This document shows positions 18,401-25,711 of a stretch of 54,395 bases of DNA, piece by piece (the first letter of the stretch is position 1; each line of letters starts with the position of its first letter). A program made the position numbers and the translations under genes. A model generated the notes under the pieces. It searched no databases, was not told where the DNA came from, and was given only the letters and a program-made list of their open reading frames with translations. Origin of the DNA: a virus (lineage: Duplodnaviria > Caudoviricetes); IMG/VR virus record IMGVR_UViG_3300032006_000010, positions 1 through 54,395 of that record; one strand, written 5' to 3'.

Positions 18401-21129
18401 TTATTATCAATAAAAAGGTCCCCAGATTGTCTTGTACCCATCTGTTTAGCTGCCGATTCGGGTATAAGCATGTGTAAATCGTTCTCTTTCATATACTTAG
18501 CGAGCTCAGCTGAAGGAGCATGCATCATATACTTACCAAGTACAGCTCCATATTCTGCGTTAGGCGCTACAATAAAGGACTTGTTTACATTACCACTAGT
18601 TGGCAATCCTTTATCAACATTATGAGCATCAATAATCTCTTCCCTAGCTATAATAGCACCATCAGTCATCTCTGTATATTCATCAGCCTTAGACTTTAGA
18701 GTTATTTTCTTCTGGTCATAATACCCATCTGCGTCCTTGAAAAACCCTACCCGGTAATTCCTTCCACCAATAACGTTAACACCCCTATCTTTTAAATAGG
18801 TGAAAACGAAATTAGGATTAGCTGATAGACCTGTATTAAACCAAATCTGCGCTCTTTTATTATAAGCCTTAGCATTATTAATCATACCCTTAGCAAGAAC
18901 CTTGCCCATATTAAGTTCTATCTCTTTTGGCTTAGTCCCAGAACTAAAACCATTAAAGGTCATGTCGTACAAAACATTAGACACATACATTTGTCTGTAT
19001 CTATCTGCTGCATTCTTTAGGTTGGGGTATCTTTCTTTAAATTTCTCTAGTCCAGCACGATAATTTTTCTTTACTCCCTTTATACCGTTCTTTCTCATGG
19101 CTCTCTGTATACTATTTAGAACCTTCTTGCTTTCCTTAGGCTTGGCTGCCACCCTAGGATGTTTTCTTACAAAATACATCTTCTTATTATCACCCTTACC
19201 ACCCATATAATAGTAACCCTGTTTCCACATAGAGTCCATTAATCTGTTGTAAGCCTTGTCAATTTTTATACGAGCTTCAGAGCGAGCAATATTTTTTAAT
19301 TCTGTAGGCGTAAAGTCCTGATATTTATCTGACTTAGATTTCTTTATCCTTATTAATTCGTCCCTAGCTAAGCCTTCATGCACACGTGTTAAATCATACT
19401 CCTTATTACCCCATATCATATGGTCAAGTACTCTAAAGAAGCCCTCTTCTGGTCTAGGAGGCTCCTTAAATACAGAAACATGCTCAGCGTCATATCTATC
19501 TTCTACTACAAGTCGCTCCTGTGAGAGGTCTTTCTTATTACCCACAGCATTAGTCTTACCCTTAAGTATGCCAACTTTACCGTCAACCAATGAAATCTGG
19601 TCGACCCATTCCTTTTTCCTAGTGCTTTCCGCCCAGCGTCTCCACCAACCTGATTGCTCTTCATTTAATGTCACCCCATACTTCTTTTCAATGAACTTGG
19701 TTATCTTTTCTTCAGCACCTAAGGTTGGTTTACCATCTTTATGATGCTTTGTCCACTCAGAATATATTTCATCAGCAACTTTAATCTTTTTTATATCAGG
19801 ATTTTTAGAGGTCTCCCAAGCTTCTTTTAGATTCTGTTCAACATATCCACCTCTACCAGCTACTCTACCCGGTATATCACCAAGTTTGGCAATGTGCATA
19901 TCTAAATCATGTGGGTCTTCAAACCTTGGGTCATCTTTATAAGCATCTCTATAGGATTTTAAGTCTTCCTTATTTAAACCAAACGATACTTCTCCAGTAT
20001 TCGTGTCAATGTCAGTCTTTCCTTGGTACTCCTTAGCTAGTTTGTCTATGTCCTTTATATCAATACCCTTACCACGCATTAGGTCATAGACAACATACTG
20101 TGATTCTTCTGGACCAAAGAAGTGTTTGAAATCATTCTTAACAATACCCTGCATCTCTGGAGTTAAAGTATCCCACTTAGGATTAAGCTCAGGGTCTGGT
20201 CCATGATTACCCTTGAAGGATTCGTTTAAAAACTGTCTACTAGCTCTAGTTTGATAGGGTGTTTCCTTGAAACCGAAAAAAGCACCAAGAGCATAAGCAT
20301 ATACTTGTTCTTCTGTAGTAGCATTTTGTGCTGTTGCTGGTAATCCAGTAAAAGCAGCACCAGCCATAGTTCTAGCTGTAAGGTCAGCTATCTGCCCGGG
20401 CTCCAACTTCTTTAGATTAGGACTACCATTTGGCTTTAACTGGTCTGCTGATAATCTTTTTCCAAAACCGGGAAGATTACCTATACCTCTAAAAGCACCA
20501 CCTGCTACTGCTCCAAAACCAGCACTATGAAATACCTCATCAACTCCATGAGTCCAACTTGATACCCCACTAGCTACACCAAGATGGAAAGCTCCAGAAG
20601 CCATATCTCTTAATACTCCACCCTCTGTAATAAAATTTGGTAGGTCTTTTAAGAAAGGTTGAGCAACCTTACTCACTTTCCTAGAAGCCATATCAGCGGC
20701 TTTCATAGGAACACTCTTCCCTTTTATACCTCTCAGAGTTCCAGCTAGTTTAACTGCACCAAGTGCTTTAAGTATACGAGCACCCGGCATGTAACCAACG
20801 AAGCCAGCAAGATGCCCAAGGTTTCTTGCAATTCCCTCGGCTGTGTCTCTAGGCTCACTACCGACTCCTAATTTTTCAGGCGGAAGTGTGGTAAATCCTT
20901 CCCACCACCCAGAGCCAAATTGTTTTATTGTCTTAAAAAGGAAACTGTCTTGGTGTTCCTTTGTCCTTGCAAAGGGAATAGCATAATGAGCTGCATGGTC
21001 TTCGAGGGTCTGTATATCATCATCCTTACCGTCAAACTGATAAGGTCTAAGACGATACTCAGTTATGAGATTGTCTATATCTTCCCGACTGTGCTTAGGT
21101 TGCCAGTCGGTACTCAACGGACCTGCCAA
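12403..21129 (-). CDS. Giant internal virion protein with a two-barrel (DPBB) RNA polymerase catalytic motif; putative virion RNAP
   Basis: MRVPMD...LHPRTMKALGGADLDGDKAF (DxDGD at 17413-17427); Gly/Ala-rich N-terminus; located at the end of the ejection protein cluster. Confidence 0.75.
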   Translation of the reverse strand: MAGPLSTDWQPKHSREDIDNLITEYRLRPYQFDGKDDDIQTLEDHAAHYAIPFARTKEHQDSFLFKTIKQFGSGWWEGFTTLPPEKLGVGSEPRDTAEGIARNLGHLAGFVGYMPGARILKALGAVKLAGTLRGIKGKSVPMKAADMASRKVSKVAQPFLKDLPNFITEGGVLRDMASGAFHLGVASGVSSWTHGVDEVFHSAGFGAVAGGAFRGIGNLPGFGKRLSADQLKPNGSPNLKKLEPGQIADLTARTMAGAAFTGLPATAQNATTEEQVYAYALGAFFGFKETPYQTRASRQFLNESFKGNHGPDPELNPKWDTLTPEMQGIVKNDFKHFFGPEESQYVVYDLMRGKGIDIKDIDKLAKEYQGKTDIDTNTGEVSFGLNKEDLKSYRDAYKDDPRFEDPHDLDMHIAKLGDIPGRVAGRGGYVEQNLKEAWETSKNPDIKKIKVADEIYSEWTKHHKDGKPTLGAEEKITKFIEKKYGVTLNEEQSGWWRRWAESTRKKEWVDQISLVDGKVGILKGKTNAVGNKKDLSQERLVVEDRYDAEHVSVFKEPPRPEEGFFRVLDHMIWGNKEYDLTRVHEGLARDELIRIKKSKSDKYQDFTPTELKNIARSEARIKIDKAYNRLMDSMWKQGYYYMGGKGDNKKMYFVRKHPRVAAKPKESKKVLNSIQRAMRKNGIKGVKKNYRAGLEKFKERYPNLKNAADRYRQMYVSNVLYDMTFNGFSSGTKPKEIELNMGKVLAKGMINNAKAYNKRAQIWFNTGLSANPNFVFTYLKDRGVNVIGGRNYRVGFFKDADGYYDQKKITLKSKADEYTEMTDGAIIAREEIIDAHNVDKGLPTSGNVNKSFIVAPNAEYGAVLGKYMMHAPSAELAKYMKENDLHMLIPESAAKQMGTRQSGDLFIDNKGKIGFNGEGYELPISSFRTIMSEITSDKYIKPQRLPKQMFTTLSSYGYKDVKPEVIQDMYETLSNRAFKGIPEANEMLKAYKDDPSNANLNRAINNLEDISIPKLLEMMRDPKHEKFASKAYEKILKLNNEYVEALAEEGELSRSEIQQEREVNAEFESIVQRLNRVFPEGSIGAYLHKFSRDYRMAAMRNYVVTQLTRPRMYNSATARMRPWDIGMRMKDSDISRLRDTDDIFYLDEGFKKLRIKDPLIIKGRETLENVWEDFNAGKYKANKDKVAQILHAAAMRVPMDSISGAHSLKFAGFTGVKGYGVLLHPRTMKALGGADLDGDKAFIFFGGDKSGFKQSWREMYHSQKDEYVDSKTNAEKHNKEAIDPKTGQTYGEQLAVRSKEIQQEGLHPGSQYSPYWRGFMSEGAASGRDMLGFAVTNRAAVIGAYNAIRGHTGENVAMKDIILEVKGSEVRNKNGEVATGTVWLGRGQYSIPFIMGNRRYRIVFKAKTGEEDLQRFREMARATVALGSDPMDEAGLKGIDVFSSKVLDTLFNYEIRSIKGKVSKPNPSLTKKLQDGKLDWLKGKGLHRMFFRTNSLLYGKNYTEARRWSYADISAGLEAMKFLPEGSRNTLMPLLSESLRDVNWSDNLFRHTDYKRVKALYDTHQNMTEREDWLNDILGRTTLAAPWNKFIDRIYSNRLYTREGLETIARDEEAFRRLLNETYVHKPTGEERLVMGNIDGKWRPINYGSYDYRRGYLEKLVLQGEDFLVNDMSTMASLKSITDIVGKHGIVPERISKIHADANEIKNMGVHMARRRRDRDDTLKDSAFTQNEEASKVNEMMRENFGIEDTGTAKLDQIQIDSAIRTVKKGYQSNAEKDLFDILLMGTYQRGYPKAVQEMKMRLEKKKGKKAADWKVVDMLEKQVQNTSLVRSAMNSKAVKDSNLKKFFSDYDALLSKTKTDLSKEEQELIIGEYKGREKIKSVKDDEGNLIKGEIIESSDLSEKDRTYLDDIAPFVGVNRGKVKDPELREIYHSLKGHLEHYHNLDTRNLNGLFRGLFGKNINQATKYDLKTLDRYFNEMRDGTWFKKTVDWMLGKDKGPKIRRAYYWMFPKAVDRDLMRHPGMVQWVEDVGPYKDRLGNTISGRTVRPTSTLGEIQQWAYKHQELSMQKNEEEKERFREKLNPFIRAVEDGDVLYDIAVAMRERRIIPRVLRRKYKDNNHKLTMQEMSYESHWNEVKDSYERLKGKTYRVPMEGGTRLMSGDEIIRSINDILTKQNEATYKWMRGDPDYVESWLAKGRTKDGRENFQSLQKLRKEFYAYITKKAKNNEQIPIEKFGIDGLRQITKRILLSMTPRKLMTAEEWAKVSKKLEITPFDVTGEFPSDIYYPHVSFDRKKVDIRLRGAIKNLFSDPNYTKEEKQAEARKIFYHYKQLTGDFMARDEMTDNFDVVQKVMKEYASGRSNKAKNILMSDLKKVGNQFSRSAHIGGWSRDPEAYESYMKNSVDTFYKQAMQLASRITMNNFNERFYKQTKDAKLTNDWTNFFKLYTQSAMGYPTQIPEKVMNDPRMKIKGTPYKWLADSQAKKRIDYIRKRLGIGRKRLEEWDLDQTTIDELSGVEYSQMQGWGSLEAKWQLASLLAHPKSSIANLYGGTVHTWISAGYGNLRKGRNFDYLKTNINPKWESMKDVERWIQKQGVIEEFLIYEAGLNPKIKSKKFESFLREATAKIKKDPDFSDTSLNALRKKHGVTDSIWNFAASFMRIPERMLRRDAFMAHYLQAREQFGGAIKDFDNPFLIEMAKRGVKGTQFLYSSPFRPMWANSTLGRVFSRFQLWSWNSVRFRNDTIRQAHIYGWEPGTKEFERYKRMAQADLFMMSLSSLFMYSLFENALPAPYNWFQDTADFLMGDEKEKERAFYGSIIGPFQAVTPPALRLLPPMFKWLVTGDSDKLTGYYLWTMPPFGRLIRDVVGPGGAIENPYYAITKFTGLPVMQFSKMVKDDPATHLGGRFLY

Positions 21130-21141
21130 ATTAGCCTCCGC

Positions 21142-22746
21142 TTAATCTACTTCGTTTAAAATGTTATATATTGTATAAACATCACCAGCTAAAAGAGCAC
21201 CAGTAAGAGCTATTCCTACTGGACCACTCATGCCTGTAGCTAATCCACCTAAGACCCCCTTAGCCGCCAGTCTAGCAGCAAGCTTTGGCCCTCCTTTAGC
21301 AGCTACCTTTTTAAGAACGTATGGAGCTCCTTTTTTCTTAACTACATCAGATATCTTTTGATAAACATGTGGAGCTGCAAGAAATCCAGCAGTACCTGCG
21401 GGTACACCAGCGATTTCTCCAGCCTTTCGTGCTGTTTCATCACTAGCTCCCATTATACCTGCTGCCCCGCTAACGCCAACCTCTGTAAGAGCTTGTAAAC
21501 CTAGACCAGCGCCCATTCCAACGCCTATACTCTTCATTAAGCCCATGCCTTTTAGGGGACCAAGGTTAAGCTTCTTACTATTAACAGCATGCATTAGAGA
21601 ACTACCACGAGTACCTAATCGTTTTATCCCTTCATAAACATTCTTAGTGGTAATGTTTTGTCCTTGAGACCTGAGTGATTTTATGACACCCATTAGTTGG
21701 TCACCAGTAGACTGTGTCAGTTTACCATCTTTTACCAAGCTACCTACTGCTTTCTGTACATTCTTTATCTGGTTAGGGTTTACTACGTCATCAACAACAT
21801 TCCAGCTAGCTATTTGATTCCACTGTTGAGGTGCTCCTTTTCCTATCGACTGAGCTTTAGTGGCTAACGAAGCAGCAGAGGATGGAATCTGAAGTGGTGG
21901 TTTACCACCCAATCTACCTGCACTAGCAGCAGATTTAACTGCCCCAGAACCAATGCCTATAGGACTACCAGCACCAATCTGTTGTTGTAATGGAAGTTTA
22001 CCAATAGGACCAGAAAGAGAACCTCCACCTCCGCCTTTTTTAGCAGCTTCACTAATAAGTTTAGCGGCTGATTTTGCCCTCCCTCTTTTTATGAGAGCAG
22101 CGGCTCCACCAAGAGCAGCAGCTCCACCAGCTACGGCAGCAGCGCCACCAAGAAGCGGGTTTTCTTCAGCAACTCTTCCACCCCATTCTCCCCAAGACAT
22201 GAACCTTTCTGGGTCGTAATATTGATTAAGTGCACCAAGTGTCTGGTCGTCCAGAGAACCCATTAAGCTTTGCCTAGCTGCTGGGTCCATAGAGGTAAGC
22301 GTATTCGTCACATGTTTACTCCATGCTCTTTCGCCATACTTAGCCGGGTCCCGCATAAGATTACGCTTAATACCGTCTAGTTCTGACTGTTTACCGGCTT
22401 GCCAGTATTGTTCAAACGCTTGCATATTACCACCAACGTTCTCTTTCCAATTCTTTAAAGCTTCAGACCTTTTACCTTCACCTAGAAACTTAAAACTTGC
22501 TGGGTTTAAAATATCGGCTTTCCTACCATCGGGATAGTTACTAAAAAGAAAGTTTTCAGCTCTCTTATTAATATAGTAATCCTTCTCAGCTCTCTGTAAA
22601 CCCTTTATCTGATACCTTCCAAGAGCCTGTTGCAAAGCAACCTGACTATTTTTCCGCATCTTATCCTGCCAAGACTCCTGTCTTTGGACAGAACCTACAG
22701 GGTTATATGAGGGAGTTGATAGGTTTAGAGGTTTAATTTCGGGCAT
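21142..22746 (-). CDS. Putative DNA ejection / internal virion protein
   Basis: Gly/Ala-rich, several hydrophobic segments, directly upstream of the giant gene. Confidence 0.6.
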   Translation of the reverse strand: MPEIKPLNLSTPSYNPVGSVQRQESWQDKMRKNSQVALQQALGRYQIKGLQRAEKDYYINKRAENFLFSNYPDGRKADILNPASFKFLGEGKRSEALKNWKENVGGNMQAFEQYWQAGKQSELDGIKRNLMRDPAKYGERAWSKHVTNTLTSMDPAARQSLMGSLDDQTLGALNQYYDPERFMSWGEWGGRVAEENPLLGGAAAVAGGAAALGGAAALIKRGRAKSAAKLISEAAKKGGGGGSLSGPIGKLPLQQQIGAGSPIGIGSGAVKSAASAGRLGGKPPLQIPSSAASLATKAQSIGKGAPQQWNQIASWNVVDDVVNPNQIKNVQKAVGSLVKDGKLTQSTGDQLMGVIKSLRSQGQNITTKNVYEGIKRLGTRGSSLMHAVNSKKLNLGPLKGMGLMKSIGVGMGAGLGLQALTEVGVSGAAGIMGASDETARKAGEIAGVPAGTAGFLAAPHVYQKISDVVKKKGAPYVLKKVAAKGGPKLAARLAAKGVLGGLATGMSGPVGIALTGALLAGDVYTIYNILNEVD

Positions 22747-22747
22747 C

Positions 22748-24307
22748 TTAGTACCTCCTCTTTTTCATAAAATCAAACATTCGTCTTGAGTTATTACCAG
22801 AAACCATACCGCCCTCTTGATAATGGTTTAATGATATCATATTATCAAGATTAGAGTGTGCATAGTCACCGTTTTGGTAAGCCCTTCCTATAAGGCCACC
22901 ACCTGCTTTTTCCTCAACTTCTTCTGGGTTTAACGAATAATCTATATCAGAACCATACCAAGGGCTTCTAGGGTCTGGGTTTATCCCTCCTGATAAATTT
23001 AAATTCTGATTAGTAGCAGTACTAGACGCAGGCACATCTGCAACAGGTTCTTCTAAAACAACCTCATTCCTATCTGCAATCTCCTTAGATATATCTTTAA
23101 GACCTCCTCCCCATATACTTTTATCTGTAATATCCTCCATAGCTTCTTCACGGGACAGCCCCATCTCTTCGGCATAATCGCCTACTTCATCATCAGGTCC
23201 TAGTATTGGACCCTTCTTAACATTTTCTGCAACTGGAGTATCTGAATCTACTTTCCTAGAAGGAGCCACATCCCCTAGAGCTGGAGTGTCATCGCCCTTA
23301 TATCTTCCATAACCTTTTAGGTTACCCCTACCTTGTCCGGGGGCAGCAAATTCGCTCATAAGACTACTAAGCATACCTAAGCCTTTTCCAGCTCTCTGAT
23401 ATAGGCTTCCTTTTTCCTTACCAGTTAAAACATCCTGATAGTTCTCAGCCTTACCAGCGCCTAAATATTTATGAAGATTTCCGAGTCCCTCTTTCGCATC
23501 AATACCAGCCTGTATAGCAGGAAACTGTACATTTTGTTCTAAGAAATGACCAGCCTTCTCACCAAAGCCTCTTAAGCTTTCCTTTAGTCCCATCTTTTGT
23601 GGAGCTTCTGGTGCAAGAGGATTATAATCTTCACTCGCTTTAAAAATACCATGAGGGTCATAGGTTTCAGAGCCAGCTTCTGGTTCTACTTCTTCAGAAG
23701 GTATTGGTGCAGAACCGTACTTCTGAGAAAAGAATAGCTCTTCTTCACTAGGTGAATCCACAACAGTTTCATCTTGTTTTTTAAATTTACTCAGCAGCTT
23801 ACTTCCTAGGCTATCCTTCATATAGTCGGGGGTAGGTGCTTCCTTCATATATTTTGAGGTTATACTTGGTTCACCAAAGGCTTCCTGATAGTCTTCTTCA
23901 TCAGAGGTACCAGCACTCATCGCAAAGTCACTAGGTCTACCAGCCCAATCTTGAAAATCAGATTCATCACTAGCTTGAGGTCTTAACTTTTTATCAGATA
24001 TATCCTTTACAGCCATCTTTCTAGCTGCAGGAGTCATGTTTCGTAAATCAAAATCACCAGCATTAGTTAGTCCAGCAGGGGCTTTAAACTTGTCGAACAT
24101 TGATTTAACAAAGCCTCCAAAAGCATAGCCATCCACCTTTCCACCTTGAGCATACCTAGGGGCTATCTCATAGTTCAACTTATCTAGATACTCCTTCATT
24201 CCGGGTATAGCAAGAACATTTCTATTCATTACATACTCTCCCTGCTCAAGTTTACCATCTATCGTATCTCCCGGATAAGGGCTATTACTTCCATATTGTT
24301 TAGCCAA
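22748..24307 (-). CDS. Putative internal virion protein, acidic and low-complexity, with xxxGG repeats
   Basis: DTIDGKLEQGEYVMN motif; YAQGG, YAFGG, KAGGG, YQEGG. Confidence 0.6.
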   Translation of the reverse strand: MAKQYGSNSPYPGDTIDGKLEQGEYVMNRNVLAIPGMKEYLDKLNYEIAPRYAQGGKVDGYAFGGFVKSMFDKFKAPAGLTNAGDFDLRNMTPAARKMAVKDISDKKLRPQASDESDFQDWAGRPSDFAMSAGTSDEEDYQEAFGEPSITSKYMKEAPTPDYMKDSLGSKLLSKFKKQDETVVDSPSEEELFFSQKYGSAPIPSEEVEPEAGSETYDPHGIFKASEDYNPLAPEAPQKMGLKESLRGFGEKAGHFLEQNVQFPAIQAGIDAKEGLGNLHKYLGAGKAENYQDVLTGKEKGSLYQRAGKGLGMLSSLMSEFAAPGQGRGNLKGYGRYKGDDTPALGDVAPSRKVDSDTPVAENVKKGPILGPDDEVGDYAEEMGLSREEAMEDITDKSIWGGGLKDISKEIADRNEVVLEEPVADVPASSTATNQNLNLSGGINPDPRSPWYGSDIDYSLNPEEVEEKAGGGLIGRAYQNGDYAHSNLDNMISLNHYQEGGMVSGNNSRRMFDFMKKRRY

Positions 24308-24962
24308 CTAACTCACCTCCCATACGTGTACGAATATTCATTGGTCCTTTTGGTCCCATAATCATACTAAGCATTCCCCCGCTACCATCTATATACCCGC
24401 CTTCTTGAGCACCCATCATCATTGTAGGTGGCATACCAAAAGCCATCTGTCCCAAGCCTCCAAGCATACCAAGCGTCTGCCCCATAGCATTTGAGTCTAT
24501 CTGGGCATTAGCAAGTCTCTGATTCTGCATAGCATTCATCCTACCACCCCTTAATTGCCCTATGTTAGCCATAGCACCACTCATCATTCCAGCGCCACCA
24601 GCATACTGTTGCTGAAGATAGTTATTAAAAGCATCCATAGAGCCAGCAGTAGCCTTATTACTAAGGTCTCCCATTTGTTGAGTTAAAGCACCAGAAGCAC
24701 CCCCCCCTTGCATAGCTGCAAGACGCTGCATATTTCTAAACATCTGCGACTGACCTTCAGCAGACTGTTGCCCAAACCTTCTATAAGCACCCATATTCTT
24801 TGCAGAATAGGGGTCCATCATCTCTTTACCTTGGTCCTGTAGCCAACTATAATCTTCTTGGAGACCACCATAGGCTTCATCCCATTCACTGCCTATAGTT
24901 TTTGGTTTAACCTTTTGGTTTTGACCAGTTAATTTCTTCCAGCCTTCGCTTAACCAACTCAT
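24300..24962 (-). CDS. Putative pilot/ejection protein
   Basis: Gln/Gly/Met/Ala-rich helical composition. Confidence 0.6.
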   Translation of the reverse strand: MSWLSEGWKKLTGQNQKVKPKTIGSEWDEAYGGLQEDYSWLQDQGKEMMDPYSAKNMGAYRRFGQQSAEGQSQMFRNMQRLAAMQGGGASGALTQQMGDLSNKATAGSMDAFNNYLQQQYAGGAGMMSGAMANIGQLRGGRMNAMQNQRLANAQIDSNAMGQTLGMLGGLGQMAFGMPPTMMMGAQEGGYIDGSGGMLSMIMGPKGPMNIRTRMGGELVG

Positions 24963-25010
24963 AATATCACCTTTTTATCCTTATTAATTTAACCTAAACC
25001 TTTACTTTAA

Positions 25011-25409
25011 TCAATTCTCATAATTTACGCTTACATAAGCCATAGGGGTTACATTTGCTATGTTTTCTGGCGAAAAATTAGCTGTGCTAACATACTCTCC
25101 CCAAATTTTCTTACGACCTTCTATTGTAATTGGCTGTATACCTGACCATATAACCGAATCTCCATCCATACAATAAGCGTGGAAATAAGCCTCAAACTCG
25201 CCTTCGTCCATTAAATATATATAATAAGTAAAGACAGGACGCCATGAATTAGTGTTTTCTGCCTGCTCTGCATCAGCATAGAAATATATAGGTACTTTAT
25301 TTTCTGCATCAATTAAATTTCGCTCAATGGTCATATAATCATCTCCACATGACCAAGCATAAAAAGTGAATAAGCCAGCTAATAATAATCCTGATATTAG
25401 ATTGCTCAT
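25011..25409 (-). CDS. Putative lipoprotein
   Basis: Hydrophobic signal peptide ending AWS-C followed by acidic GDD. Confidence 0.55.
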   Translation of the reverse strand: MSNLISGLLLAGLFTFYAWSCGDDYMTIERNLIDAENKVPIYFYADAEQAENTNSWRPVFTYYIYLMDEGEFEAYFHAYCMDGDSVIWSGIQPITIEGRKKIWGEYVSTANFSPENIANVTPMAYVSVNYEN

Positions 25410-25711
25410 TTTTTTTCCCTTAATGTGAACCCACTAGCAGAAGAGCCATCGCTCCTAATCCAACCATCATTAGTCTTTATCTCTAAAAAGTAAACCTTTT
25501 TATCCTTCACAACCCTAAATGCCCCAGATTCAGAAGTATCCTCAGGTTCCTCTACCTGTCCAGTAGGTATGTCTACTTTCTTAGCAATCTTAGAAATAGT
25601 ATACTCTAAATCAGAGTATCCACGACTATTATCGCTATTATCTCCATAATGATTAACACGTTGCCCCGTGCTTCTTACTACTGGATTAATTATTTTTCTC
25701 TTAATAGCCAT
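25406..25711 (-). CDS. Hypothetical virion-associated protein
   Basis: Translationally coupled to the 1219-aa tail gene. Confidence 0.6.
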   Translation of the reverse strand: MAIKRKIINPVVRSTGQRVNHYGDNSDNSRGYSDLEYTISKIAKKVDIPTGQVEEPEDTSESGAFRVVKDKKVYFLEIKTNDGWIRSDGSSASGFTLREKK

